A DNA stretch of 23,787 nucleotides, from assembly GCA_964535955.1 (NCBI GenBank), contig CAZHVK010000005.1, positions 124,001 to 147,787 on the forward strand, given 5' to 3'. The position numbers and the translations under genes are program-made. The notes under the pieces are model-generated. The model was not told the DNA's origin and made no database searches. It saw only the letters and a list, made by a program, of their open reading frames with translations. Position 1 is the first letter of the stretch; every line of letters starts with the position of its first letter. The stretch is from an uncultured Methanosarcinales archaeon (GTDB lineage: Archaea > Nanobdellota > Nanobdellia > Woesearchaeales > CAXGTL01). Shown here piece by piece: positions 1 to 7,054 of this stretch.

Positions 1-37
1 AAGGATATTTATAAAAGTAACTTAATTTAGAATAGGT

Positions 38-184
38 TTATTCACCTTCATGAAGGTCAATATCATTCATAAGAACATCTAATTCAAATTCATTTAATTT
101 TTCTTTATTTAATAATGCTTTTAGATCTTTCTTTTTAACACTTTCTTCTTTCTTTTTCTTCTTGATCTGTTCTTTAACAGCCAT
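38..184 (-). CDS. Small hypothetical protein, 48 aa (MAVKEQIKKKKKEESVKKKDLKALLNKEKLNEFELDVLMNDIDLHEGE); basic N-terminus, acidic C-terminus
   Basis: Translated by hand and below the ORF-track size cutoff. The ATG lies just after the TGA of the 186..404 ORF (TGATATG), which suggests translational coupling. Confidence 0.6.
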   Translation of the reverse strand: MAVKEQIKKKKKEESVKKKDLKALLNKEKLNEFELDVLMNDIDLHEGE

Positions 185-185
185 A

Positions 186-404
186 TCACTTACGTCTATC
201 ATTTTCTAACTCTTGAACTCTTTGTTCTAGTTCTTTAACTTTATCTAATAATATTCTTTGATTATTGATTATTATAGAAAACCATTCAAAAGCATAGTTT
301 TTAAAACTTTCTATGTCTTTTTTAACTTGTCTAAATGATTTAACAACTTTTCTTTTGAAACCATTTTTACCAAATAAGTATTTATTGATGATTTCCATTG
401 CCAT
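186..404 (-). CDS. Small hypothetical coiled-coil protein (72 aa; the start may be the second Met at 398)
   Basis: ORF track. Heptad-like C-terminus LLDKVKELEQRVQELEN. Middle gene of a three-gene micro-operon. Confidence 0.7.
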   Translation of the reverse strand: MAMEIINKYLFGKNGFKRKVVKSFRQVKKDIESFKNYAFEWFSIIINNQRILLDKVKELEQRVQELENDRRK

Positions 405-486
405 TTTTTCTGCACCTTTTGCAAAGGTCTTTTTTTACTATTCTTTTTGCACCGCAATCTTTGCATTTTCCGTTTTCTGCTATCAT
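382..486 (-). CDS. Zinc-finger microprotein, 34 aa (MIAENGKCKDCGAKRIVKKDLCKRCRKNGNGNHQ)
   Basis: Translated by hand. CxxC-x10-CxxC motif, SD GAGGTG 7 nt upstream of the ATG, and a TATA box (TTTATATA) at about 567-574 on the minus strand. Confidence 0.7.
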   Translation of the reverse strand: MIAENGKCKDCGAKRIVKKDLCKRCRKNGNGNHQ

Positions 487-577
487 ATTATTACACCTCA
501 AATTCATTATATAGTGATTAAATCTTATTACTATATGATTTATAACTATTTGGGGACGATATATACTATATAAAGGT

Positions 578-642
578 TTTGGTTTTAGAAAGGTTGATTT
601 AATGGTTTAAGGGCTTGTAATGGTTGAATTTAAGTGTTTTAG
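578..642. repeat. Tandem ~30-bp degenerate repeat doublet (copy 1 of a dispersed upstream module)
   Basis: GGTTGA recurs at 592 and 622. AAGGGCTTGTAATGGTTGAATTTA matches the copies at about 2814-2836 and 7010-7031. Confidence 0.6.
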
Positions 643-667
643 AAGTTATAAAAAGGTGTTTTTCAGG

Positions 668-991
668 CTATTTTCTTCTCTTTTTAGCCTTATACATAAA
701 CCTCATATGCTTTTTACAATTAAGACATGTATAGACAACCCTTCTGCCTTTACCTTTGCCTTGAAACCTTATTCTGCTGTTTTTGCTGTTTAAGTATGTG
801 TAACAGTGTTTGCAGAATCGTCTTTTTAAGTGTCTAGGAATAGGTGTTCTAGCTTTCATTGCTATTTTTCTTGCTAATTCAACATATCTGTTTGCTAATT
901 TTTGTTGTTTTGTCTGTTTTGCTTGGTCAAATAGGATGATTATACGTTCTTTAGCTATCTTTTGTTTTGTTGATTTAGATTGTTTCTTCAT
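668..991 (-). CDS. rnp4: Ribonuclease P protein component 4 (Rpp21)
   Basis: KIAKERIxxLF...ANRYVELARKIAMKAR..IP..LKRRFCKHC...VVYTCLNC...RF is the Rpr2/Rpp21 signature with a Zn ribbon. Confidence 0.95.
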   Translation of the reverse strand: MKKQSKSTKQKIAKERIIILFDQAKQTKQQKLANRYVELARKIAMKARTPIPRHLKRRFCKHCYTYLNSKNSRIRFQGKGKGRRVVYTCLNCKKHMRFMYKAKKRRK

Positions 992-1030
992 ATAGAAAAT
1001 AAAAAGAAAAAGATGTTTAAAAAGGTTTGT

Positions 1031-1885
1031 TTAAAATGGATATTTTTTGTTTCCATCTCCAGTACCTGAATCACCAAAAGATGGTCCAACAGATTGTGGT
1101 CCTTGGCCGCATGAAGAACCTCCTTTGTCAAATAATGAAAAGTTAAAAATCATCGCACCACCAGGAAGTATATAACCATTTGCAGGCAAAGGATTATAGA
1201 TCTTTTCTTCTGGTAATCTTGGATCAAGTTCTTCTAATTCTTTTAATCTTTTCTCATAAGTTTCTTTAATTCCTTTTGTTTTTTGTTCAATGTATTCTTT
1301 TATGTCAATGTCTTTATCTCTTGTAAGTATTGCACTGTATTCTTTACAATATTTGCTGAATTCTTGTAATTGTTCTTCATAACCAAGATCAACCATTACT
1401 GCTAATTGTTTTGCTTTGTGCAAGTATTGAATGGTTTCTTGTTCTACTTCTTTTGGATCAAATTTCTTAAACTCTTTTTCATGTCTGTCTGCTAAATCTT
1501 TTAATATTTTTTTCTTCTTGTTTTTTATAATATCATCGTCTTCCCTATTTATACAAAAGATCATGTTTAATCCTAAATATTCTGTTGCATTTATAGCTGC
1601 ATTACTAACCAGTCTATAATCATTATTTCTTTTGAATACTTCTTCAAACATTTCTGCTGCATAATTAAACATATCATCAAGAAATTTTTCATATGCTCCT
1701 TGTGCTCCTGGAGTTTTTTCTTCTTTGCGAGATTCAAACCATCTAACAGCTACTTTACCTTCTATTAAAGGATCTTGACTATAATCTCCACTTCCTGAAT
1801 TAATAGCCATAAGAACACCTATATTTTCTAATTCTGCTACTGTTTGTGCTAATGTTTTGTAATTTGTCATTTTATTATCACCCAT
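1031..1885 (-). CDS. Hypothetical protein (probable start 1870, MTNYK..., after SD GGTGA); helical with a Gly/Ser/Asp-rich tail
   Basis: Long ORF and third gene of an orphan operon. No recognisable motif. Confidence 0.75.
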   Translation of the reverse strand: MGDNKMTNYKTLAQTVAELENIGVLMAINSGSGDYSQDPLIEGKVAVRWFESRKEEKTPGAQGAYEKFLDDMFNYAAEMFEEVFKRNNDYRLVSNAAINATEYLGLNMIFCINREDDDIIKNKKKKILKDLADRHEKEFKKFDPKEVEQETIQYLHKAKQLAVMVDLGYEEQLQEFSKYCKEYSAILTRDKDIDIKEYIEQKTKGIKETYEKRLKELEELDPRLPEEKIYNPLPANGYILPGGAMIFNFSLFDKGGSSCGQGPQSVGPSFGDSGTGDGNKKYPF

Positions 1886-2354
1886 CTATTCTTACATATC
1901 CTGATGGTCTACCATTAGTAGAGCCATGTGTGAACATATAATTGTGTTTTTCTGTTAAGCATTTGTCAATCCATTGTTTTGGCATGTTTTTTTGTCTTCT
2001 ACTAACAAAACCATATATTTGAAGAACCTTGTTTACTAAGCCATATAATTCATCTTTTAAAACAGGTGTTAAAAGATTTCTTGGAAAACCAGTCTTTTGT
2101 AAATATTCAAATACATATGGATTAACAGTTAATGTGATTAATTCTTCATCAGAATCTCTTGCTTTTTTTTGTTTTTCAATTGCTGTTTCTAGTTTTGAAG
2201 CTTGAGAATATCTATCATCTAGTTGTTTTTGTACTTCTGCATTAGTTTCTATATCATCTGGAAATTGTTTTAAATGTGCTTCTAATCCTTTTGCTTCTTG
2301 TAAAACTCTTTTTAGATTTTGTTCATAAGTTGCTTTGCTTGTTGGTTTTCTCAT
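1878..2354 (-). CDS. Hypothetical protein (158 aa), N-terminal coiled coil
   Basis: ORF with SD-like AGGT upstream, tightly packed with its neighbours. Confidence 0.75.
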   Translation of the reverse strand: MRKPTSKATYEQNLKRVLQEAKGLEAHLKQFPDDIETNAEVQKQLDDRYSQASKLETAIEKQKKARDSDEELITLTVNPYVFEYLQKTGFPRNLLTPVLKDELYGLVNKVLQIYGFVSRRQKNMPKQWIDKCLTEKHNYMFTHGSTNGRPSGYVRIDG

Positions 2355-2364
2355 ATTGTTTTAC

Positions 2365-2673
2365 CTATTGTTCTTTTGAAAAATATTGTTTTATTCTTTT
2401 TTTTGCTACTTCATAGAATGTTGCAAATTTAAAAACAAAACCCAAGACATCAATCATTGGATCTTGATCAATTTGTCTTTGTATGCTTTTTTCAGCAAAC
2501 ATAATCATTTCAGGATCATAAACATGAGAAATTTCACCAGTATCTATATTTCTACAAACAGTGTGTCCAACACCATTAAGAGCTCTTGACCTACTAGGCC
2601 ATTTGTCTGTTAAAACAATTTTTCTTAGGTCTTTTTGTCCTTGGTTATTATCTGTTTCATAAAGATTTTCCAT
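2365..2673 (-). CDS. Hypothetical protein (102 aa)
   Basis: SD GAGGTG upstream (reverse complement of cacctc at 2682-2687) and a BRE-TATA at 2717-2730. Confidence 0.75.
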   Translation of the reverse strand: MENLYETDNNQGQKDLRKIVLTDKWPSRSRALNGVGHTVCRNIDTGEISHVYDPEMIMFAEKSIQRQIDQDPMIDVLGFVFKFATFYEVAKKRIKQYFSKEQ

Positions 2674-2709
2674 ATGTTAAACACCTCATATTATACTATA
2701 TAGACATAA

Positions 2710-2848
2710 GAACTAATATATAAATCTTTCCATATTTTACCACTTATTAGTGACATATTAACCCTTATTTAGCTTGTTTTGAAGGGTTTGAAGTGTGCGA
2801 ATTTAAGGTTTAAAAGGCTTTAAATGGCTGAATTTACAGTTTAGAAAG
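2710..2848 (-). promoter_or_regulatory. BRE-TATA promoter with upstream palindromic site (2736-2754) and 31-bp tandem repeats (2781-2844)
   Basis: Minus-strand GAAAGATTTATATA. The whole ~140-bp block aligns with 6906-7045. Confidence 0.75.
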
Positions 2849-2867
2849 CTTGAATTATCTTAATCAA

Positions 2868-3653
2868 TCAGAATGAACCCTTATCATCACCAGAATCTTC
2901 GCCTGGTGTAAAACCGCCTGTTTCATGCTGAGCATCTTCAGGATTATTTATTGGCTGACCATTACTACTAATTCCAAGAAAACCATAATTACCATTTGTG
3001 TCATGCAAATGCCAGCTAGCTAGGTTTGCTGAAAACAAATAAGGTTCAAAACTAAACCTAGTATTACCATCTCTGTGATCTAGGTTTGCTCCGCATACAT
3101 TAACACTAAAATCAAAACCTTTAGAATTTCTTTTTCCCCTTATCTTGTTTGCTCTTTCTAAGATTTCTATTCTCTCTAATATTTCTTGTAATGGTAGTTT
3201 TTTTAATTCTCTTAACACTTTTCTCTTATATTTTTCAGGAAAAATTCCTTGTATTTGATAAACACCACGCATTCTTGAAATTTTGTCAATATTTTGTTTA
3301 ACACTTTCACATAATTCTGAGACTTTTTTTGGTTTTATAAGATAGAATCCAACAGCTTGTTCTAATTCACTTTCTGTTAAGTTGATTCCTGAATTTTTGA
3401 GTTTTTTTTGTCCGCCTTCTTTTAATATTCTGTAAAACCTAATACCAATTGAAAATGCATCTCCTATAAAGTTTTGTGTGAAATAATCTAAGTTTGATAA
3501 GTATTCAGTGACTGCTTGTTGGTACACCATGTCTTTCTGTGTTTGTTTTTTAAATTGTGGTTTGTCTGCTTTGAATGTGTCTGCTTGTACAGGAGAAACA
3601 ATGCTGTATAATGCGATAAGTGCTGCTGCGATTGGTAGTGTGTATTTTGACAT
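2868..3653 (-). CDS. Hypothetical secreted protein (261 aa)
   Basis: Signal-peptide-like N-terminus MSKYTLPIAAALIALYSIVSPVQA|D with a V-Q-A cleavage site. Confidence 0.75.
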   Translation of the reverse strand: MSKYTLPIAAALIALYSIVSPVQADTFKADKPQFKKQTQKDMVYQQAVTEYLSNLDYFTQNFIGDAFSIGIRFYRILKEGGQKKLKNSGINLTESELEQAVGFYLIKPKKVSELCESVKQNIDKISRMRGVYQIQGIFPEKYKRKVLRELKKLPLQEILERIEILERANKIRGKRNSKGFDFSVNVCGANLDHRDGNTRFSFEPYLFSANLASWHLHDTNGNYGFLGISSNGQPINNPEDAQHETGGFTPGEDSGDDKGSF

Positions 3654-3680
3654 TTTTGTTTATTTGTTTTATCTAGGATA

Positions 3681-4286
3681 TTATTTATTTACAATTCCAT
3701 CAATAACAATCTCTGGGCTTTCTTCAATACGTTCTTTTCCTTCTTTATATAACCCTGAAAAAAACTTAGACAATCCAGACCTAGTATCTATTGATTTTTC
3801 AGCTTTTTCTAAAACATAAACAAAATAGATTAATTCTTGGTCATTTATTTCTGAAGTTTTTTTTGGATTTTCTACAAGGCGTATTGTGTCAATAAGTTCA
3901 TCATATATGACTTTATCTGGTATTTGTTCTGGTGATTTCCTAGGATAAGTTCTCATCATATTATGATATATTGAGCCCTCTTTAGGATTTTTAGCAGTAC
4001 CACCATCACCATACAATAATATAGTAACATTAGGAAGTAATCTAGTATATTTTTTTTCATAATCTGCTCTTTTTTTTGGTGTTAATGGAAGTTCTTTATT
4101 TAACATTGTTACTATTGTTTCTTGTCTTGTTGTATGATTTGTGTCAGGTGTTTTTATGTCTTGACTGTATGAATGATATAATATAAAACTAACAAGTGAA
4201 CCTGCAAATAAACACCAAGGTATTACTAGTTTTTTATTGAAAATTTTTTTCTTTTTTCTTGATTTTGTAGTTTTTTTTGTAGCCAT
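3681..4286 (-). CDS. Hypothetical membrane-anchored protein (201 aa)
   Basis: Basic N-terminus followed by one hydrophobic helix (LVIPWCLFAGSLVSFILY). SD-like AAGGT upstream. Confidence 0.75.
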   Translation of the reverse strand: MATKKTTKSRKKKKIFNKKLVIPWCLFAGSLVSFILYHSYSQDIKTPDTNHTTRQETIVTMLNKELPLTPKKRADYEKKYTRLLPNVTILLYGDGGTAKNPKEGSIYHNMMRTYPRKSPEQIPDKVIYDELIDTIRLVENPKKTSEINDQELIYFVYVLEKAEKSIDTRSGLSKFFSGLYKEGKERIEESPEIVIDGIVNK

Positions 4287-4348
4287 TTTGTATTACCTTA
4301 ATAATATATAGAACCTCTTTTGAATTATATATAGGAATATATTCATCA

Positions 4349-4412
4349 TATATAAATGTTTCCATATGTCATCACCCAATAATGACTATTTCACAAGGTC
4401 AACCTATATAAA
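4349..4412. promoter_or_regulatory. Divergent promoter pair with central palindrome GTCAT-N9-ATGAC (4368-4386)
   Basis: TATA boxes at 4349-4356 (minus) and 4405-4412 (plus). The palindrome is at the same spacing from TATA as the sites at 2736 and 6932. Confidence 0.7.
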
Positions 4413-4434
4413 GCACCAATTTATACATACAAAT

Positions 4435-5712
4435 ATGTTTAAAAAATTACTTGATATGTTTAGATCTAAAGAAGAACTAGAACTTACAATAGTAGAATTA
4501 GAACAATGGTTAGATAATAAGAATTCTAAGATTCAAAAGGATTTAGAACCAATCTGTAAGGACTTATTAAATGAATTAAAAAACTATTTAGTTGATCTTA
4601 ATCAGAGATTGGAAAACCTTGAGAAAGCTGAAATAAAGGATAAAGATAAAATCCAACAAAAAGTTGTTTCTATTGTTTTAGGTAATAGAAGAAGTTTTAT
4701 TAATCAAAGCAGTTTTTTTGTTAGCCGTATTAAACCACCTAATTATGAGAATGTTAATCAAATAATTGATTATTCTGTTCATCTTAAGAGTGAAATGGAT
4801 AATTTTGCAAAAATAACTCATAAAAGTTTCTATACATCACAACATTTATTCTATAAACAAGTAGAAGAGATAAAAAAAACAATACAAAAGATATCTAAAC
4901 TAAATAATAATTTTAATAAAAAAATACAAGAAAACAAAGTTAATTATTTAAAAGAATTAGATGAAAATCTTGATTGGATGAAAAAATCCATTAATGATAA
5001 ATTGTTGTTATTAAAAGATCTTAGTAGGTTGAAATTAAAATTAGAACAAGTAAAAGAAAATAAGATGAATTTTGAGGAAAAAACAAAGCAAATAACAATT
5101 TCTCCTACATACAAACAGTATTTAGAAGAAGAAAAATACTTAAACCAAATAGAAGAACAAATAAAAAAACACAAACTTAAGCTTGAACATAACTTTGCTG
5201 TTATTGATTTTGCATTAAAAAAATATACACACATAGCAGATGAAGAATACAAATTAATACATGGCTATAGAACAGATACATTTGGTGCTTTGCTAAAAGA
5301 TGAAGAATTTAATATATTAAAAGCACTACAGAAATTAACTCAAAAAGTTTTAGAAAATAAAATAGTGTTAAAAGATTCAAAAAAACAAAAAATTCTTACT
5401 GAACTTAATATGATTAATAGAAGTTATCTAAGTGAATTACTTTCAGAATATAAAAAATTAGATAAAGAAAGAAAAAAGATTAAAGAAAAGATTGATCAAA
5501 ACCAGATTGTTTCTGAAATAAATCAAGCTGAAGAAAAAATTATAAAGCTTGGCAAAGAGATACAAGAAATAGAAAGGAATATAAATAATCTAAATAAAAA
5601 TATAGATAAGATTGATTATTTAGAGATAAAAAAGATTATAGAGGAAAAGTTTGATATTGTGTTTGGTATTAAACTGATGATTAAGCTGGTTGAAGATGAC
5701 CCTATTTTATAA
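4435..5712 (+). CDS. Large coiled-coil hypothetical protein (start more likely 4435, MFKKLLDMF, than 4366)
   Basis: Long K/E/L/I-rich helical ORF. The TATA at 4405-4412 ends 22 nt before the ATG at 4435, consistent with a leaderless mRNA. No Walker motifs. Confidence 0.8.
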   Translation: MFKKLLDMFRSKEELELTIVELEQWLDNKNSKIQKDLEPICKDLLNELKNYLVDLNQRLENLEKAEIKDKDKIQQKVVSIVLGNRRSFINQSSFFVSRIKPPNYENVNQIIDYSVHLKSEMDNFAKITHKSFYTSQHLFYKQVEEIKKTIQKISKLNNNFNKKIQENKVNYLKELDENLDWMKKSINDKLLLLKDLSRLKLKLEQVKENKMNFEEKTKQITISPTYKQYLEEEKYLNQIEEQIKKHKLKLEHNFAVIDFALKKYTHIADEEYKLIHGYRTDTFGALLKDEEFNILKALQKLTQKVLENKIVLKDSKKQKILTELNMINRSYLSELLSEYKKLDKERKKIKEKIDQNQIVSEINQAEEKIIKLGKEIQEIERNINNLNKNIDKIDYLEIKKIIEEKFDIVFGIKLMIKLVEDDPIL

Positions 5713-5857
5713 AATCATTAAGAATCATAGAACTGAGTAGTACTATAATTGTAATATAATTATCAAGATAATTATCAAAATTCTTATAAATTATCCAAAC
5801 TGTCCATAAAACAGCCATAACATATAATCCTGCTTTAATTTTGTTTTTTGAGAGCAT
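5702..5857 (-). CDS. Small membrane protein, 51 aa (MLSKNKIKAGLYVMAVLWTVWIIY...), two hydrophobic segments
   Basis: Restart of the track's 71-aa ORF at the Met that overlaps the upstream stop codon (TGATG). Confidence 0.6.
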   Translation of the reverse strand: MLSKNKIKAGLYVMAVLWTVWIIYKNFDNYLDNYITIIVLLSSMILNDFIK

Positions 5858-5967
5858 CAGATTAAACCTAATATCCTTAATATAAGAAGAAGTCCTGCAA
5901 TAATAATTACTCCCCATCCAAGAATTTCATACCATTTAAGTTTTTGTTTAGATTTTTTTTTAGTCAT
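5857..5967 (-). CDS. Small single-TM protein, 36 aa (MTKKKSKQKLKWYEILGWGVIIIAGLLLILRILGLI)
   Basis: Translated by hand. SD GAGGTGA upstream, TATA at 6007-6014, basic N-terminus followed by a hydrophobic helix. Confidence 0.7.
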   Translation of the reverse strand: MTKKKSKQKLKWYEILGWGVIIIAGLLLILRILGLI

Positions 5968-6061
5968 AATATTTCACCTCATTTTATTCTTCTATTGTTT
6001 AGATAGTATATAAAGATTTTTATAAAAACATTAATAAATAAGGTTTGTTATTTGTTTAATA

Positions 6062-6487
6062 ATGATAAACAAGTTCATAAAAAGCTTTACTAAAAAGGAT
6101 CTAGGAAATATTATTAATATTGGTAAAAAGTATTATTTAGTAAATTCTCAACTACTGAAGATCAAAGAAAAGATTGGTGAAGAGATATTTTCTATTGGTG
6201 TTTATTTAGGTGAAGTCAAGAATGAAAAGTTCTCACCAAGTATTGAATTTGTCAATATATTGTCTAAACTATCAGATAAAAAAGTATTTGTTAATGATAA
6301 AACAGAATGGTTGTTTGTATGTGGCAGAGATGTGTTTAAGAAGAGTATTGTTTCTGGTGATTGGTTTGAAGGTGATTTTGTATTTGTGCAGAATTCTAAA
6401 GATGAGAACCTAGGTTTAGGTAGGTTTGATAGAAGAGATGTGAAGAATATTATTGATAAGGGTTTGTATTTGAGGATGGAAAAGTAA
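6062..6487 (+). CDS. nip7: Nip7-like ribosome biogenesis protein (pre-PUA + PUA domain)
   Basis: SIGVYLGE....F.PS...KVFVNDKTEWLFVCGRDVF..SI...VFVQN..DENLGLG...KNIIDKGLYLR is the archaeal Nip7 pattern. Confidence 0.85.
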   Translation: MINKFIKSFTKKDLGNIINIGKKYYLVNSQLLKIKEKIGEEIFSIGVYLGEVKNEKFSPSIEFVNILSKLSDKKVFVNDKTEWLFVCGRDVFKKSIVSGDWFEGDFVFVQNSKDENLGLGRFDRRDVKNIIDKGLYLRMEK

Positions 6488-6489
6488 AA

Positions 6490-6614
6490 CGCCCCTGCCA
6501 GGGATTGAACCTGGGTTATAAGGTGTTTGCAGACTTGGGACAAGGCTGTAAACCCCACAAATGTCCCATTTGTCGTGCCGCAACCTTATGTACTATCCAC
6601 TATACTACAGGGGC
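6490..6614 (-). tRNA. tRNA-Arg(GCG) with a 53-nt intron at canonical position 37/38 (intron 6525-6577); CCA not encoded
   Basis: Acceptor stem GCCCCTG/CAGGGGC, D-loop AGTGGATA with the Arg identity element A20, anticodon stem TAAGG/CCTTA, T-arm CCAGG-TTCAATC-CCTGG, and a BHB with central helix TTGC/GCAA. Confidence 0.93.
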
Positions 6615-6660
6615 TTATCATAAATTCTGAGAATTAAATAATGTTTATAAAGATTGTTAG

Positions 6661-6735
6661 AAAAAAAGAAGGCCCAAGAGAAAAGTAAAAGTGTGGGGGG
6701 ATTAAGAAATTAATCCTCTTGAGCTCTTTTTTTTT
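6661..6735. terminator. Nested inverted repeat with a T-tract on each strand; bidirectional terminator or small RNA
   Basis: Outer arms GGCCCAAGAG/CTCTTGAGCT, inner hairpin GGATTAA-GAAA-TTAATCC, A7 before and T9 after. Confidence 0.55.
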
Positions 6736-6744
6736 AGATAATTA

Positions 6745-6873
6745 TTATGTTGATTCAAGTAAAGCAGCAATGTCCTTACTTGCTTGTTTTTTCTTATTAT
6801 ATTCTTTTAGATCTAAAGGTTCATCTATTGCTTTTTCATAATCTTCTAATCTTTTTGGATATATTTTAGTCAT
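6745..6873 (-). CDS. Small hypothetical protein, 42 aa (MTKIYPKRLEDYEKAIDEPLDLKEYNKKKQASKDIAALLEST)
   Basis: Translated by hand. SD GGGTGA upstream, its own BRE-TATA at 6913-6926, and a hairpin downstream. Confidence 0.7.
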   Translation of the reverse strand: MTKIYPKRLEDYEKAIDEPLDLKEYNKKKQASKDIAALLEST

Positions 6874-6905
6874 TTTGTAATCACCCTATATAGTATATGA
6901 TAGTA

Positions 6906-7045
6906 GAACTAGTATATAAATCTTTCTCTTTTTTATTACTTCGTAGTGACAAAAGAACCTTTGTTTTAGTTGTTTATAATGGTTTGAAGTGTGTGAATTT
7001 AGGAGTTTGAAGGCTTGTAGTGGTTGAATATGAAGTTTAAAAAAG
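6906..7045 (-). promoter_or_regulatory. BRE-TATA promoter with upstream palindromic site (6932-6950) and 31-bp tandem repeats; paralogous to 2710-2848
   Basis: GAACTAGTATATAAATCTTTC versus GAACTAATATATAAATCTTTC, plus shared TAGTGACA and GGTTTGAAGTGTGYGAATTTA. Confidence 0.75.
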
Positions 7046-7054
7046 ATTTAGTAT

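Noticed and set aside
4366..4434. N-terminal extension of the 448-aa ORF
   Set aside because: It spans the palindrome and TATA box. The ATG at 4435 fits leaderless spacing.
4435..5712. SMC/Rad50 identity for the coiled-coil protein
   Set aside because: It has no Walker A/B, signature motif, hinge or Zn-hook. The resemblance is compositional only.
5858..5917. N-terminal 20 codons of the track's 71-aa ORF
   Set aside because: This stretch overlaps the SD-supported 36-aa ORF in another frame. The coupled Met at 5857 is the better start.
6526..6533. Alternative reading as tRNA-Cys from CT-GCA-AA near the intron 3' end
   Set aside because: This sequence is the BHB strand pairing with the anticodon loop. 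A20, the G73 discriminator and the canonical 37/38 geometry support Arg(GCG).
6490..6614. The tRNA as an integration site for the orphan-gene region
   Set aside because: I saw no duplicated tRNA 3' fragment or integrase in the window, and housekeeping genes are interleaved with the orphans.
578..7045. The 31-bp repeats as a CRISPR array or integron attC sites
   Set aside because: The units are degenerate, directly tandem without spacers and non-palindromic, and there is no cas or integrase gene in the window.
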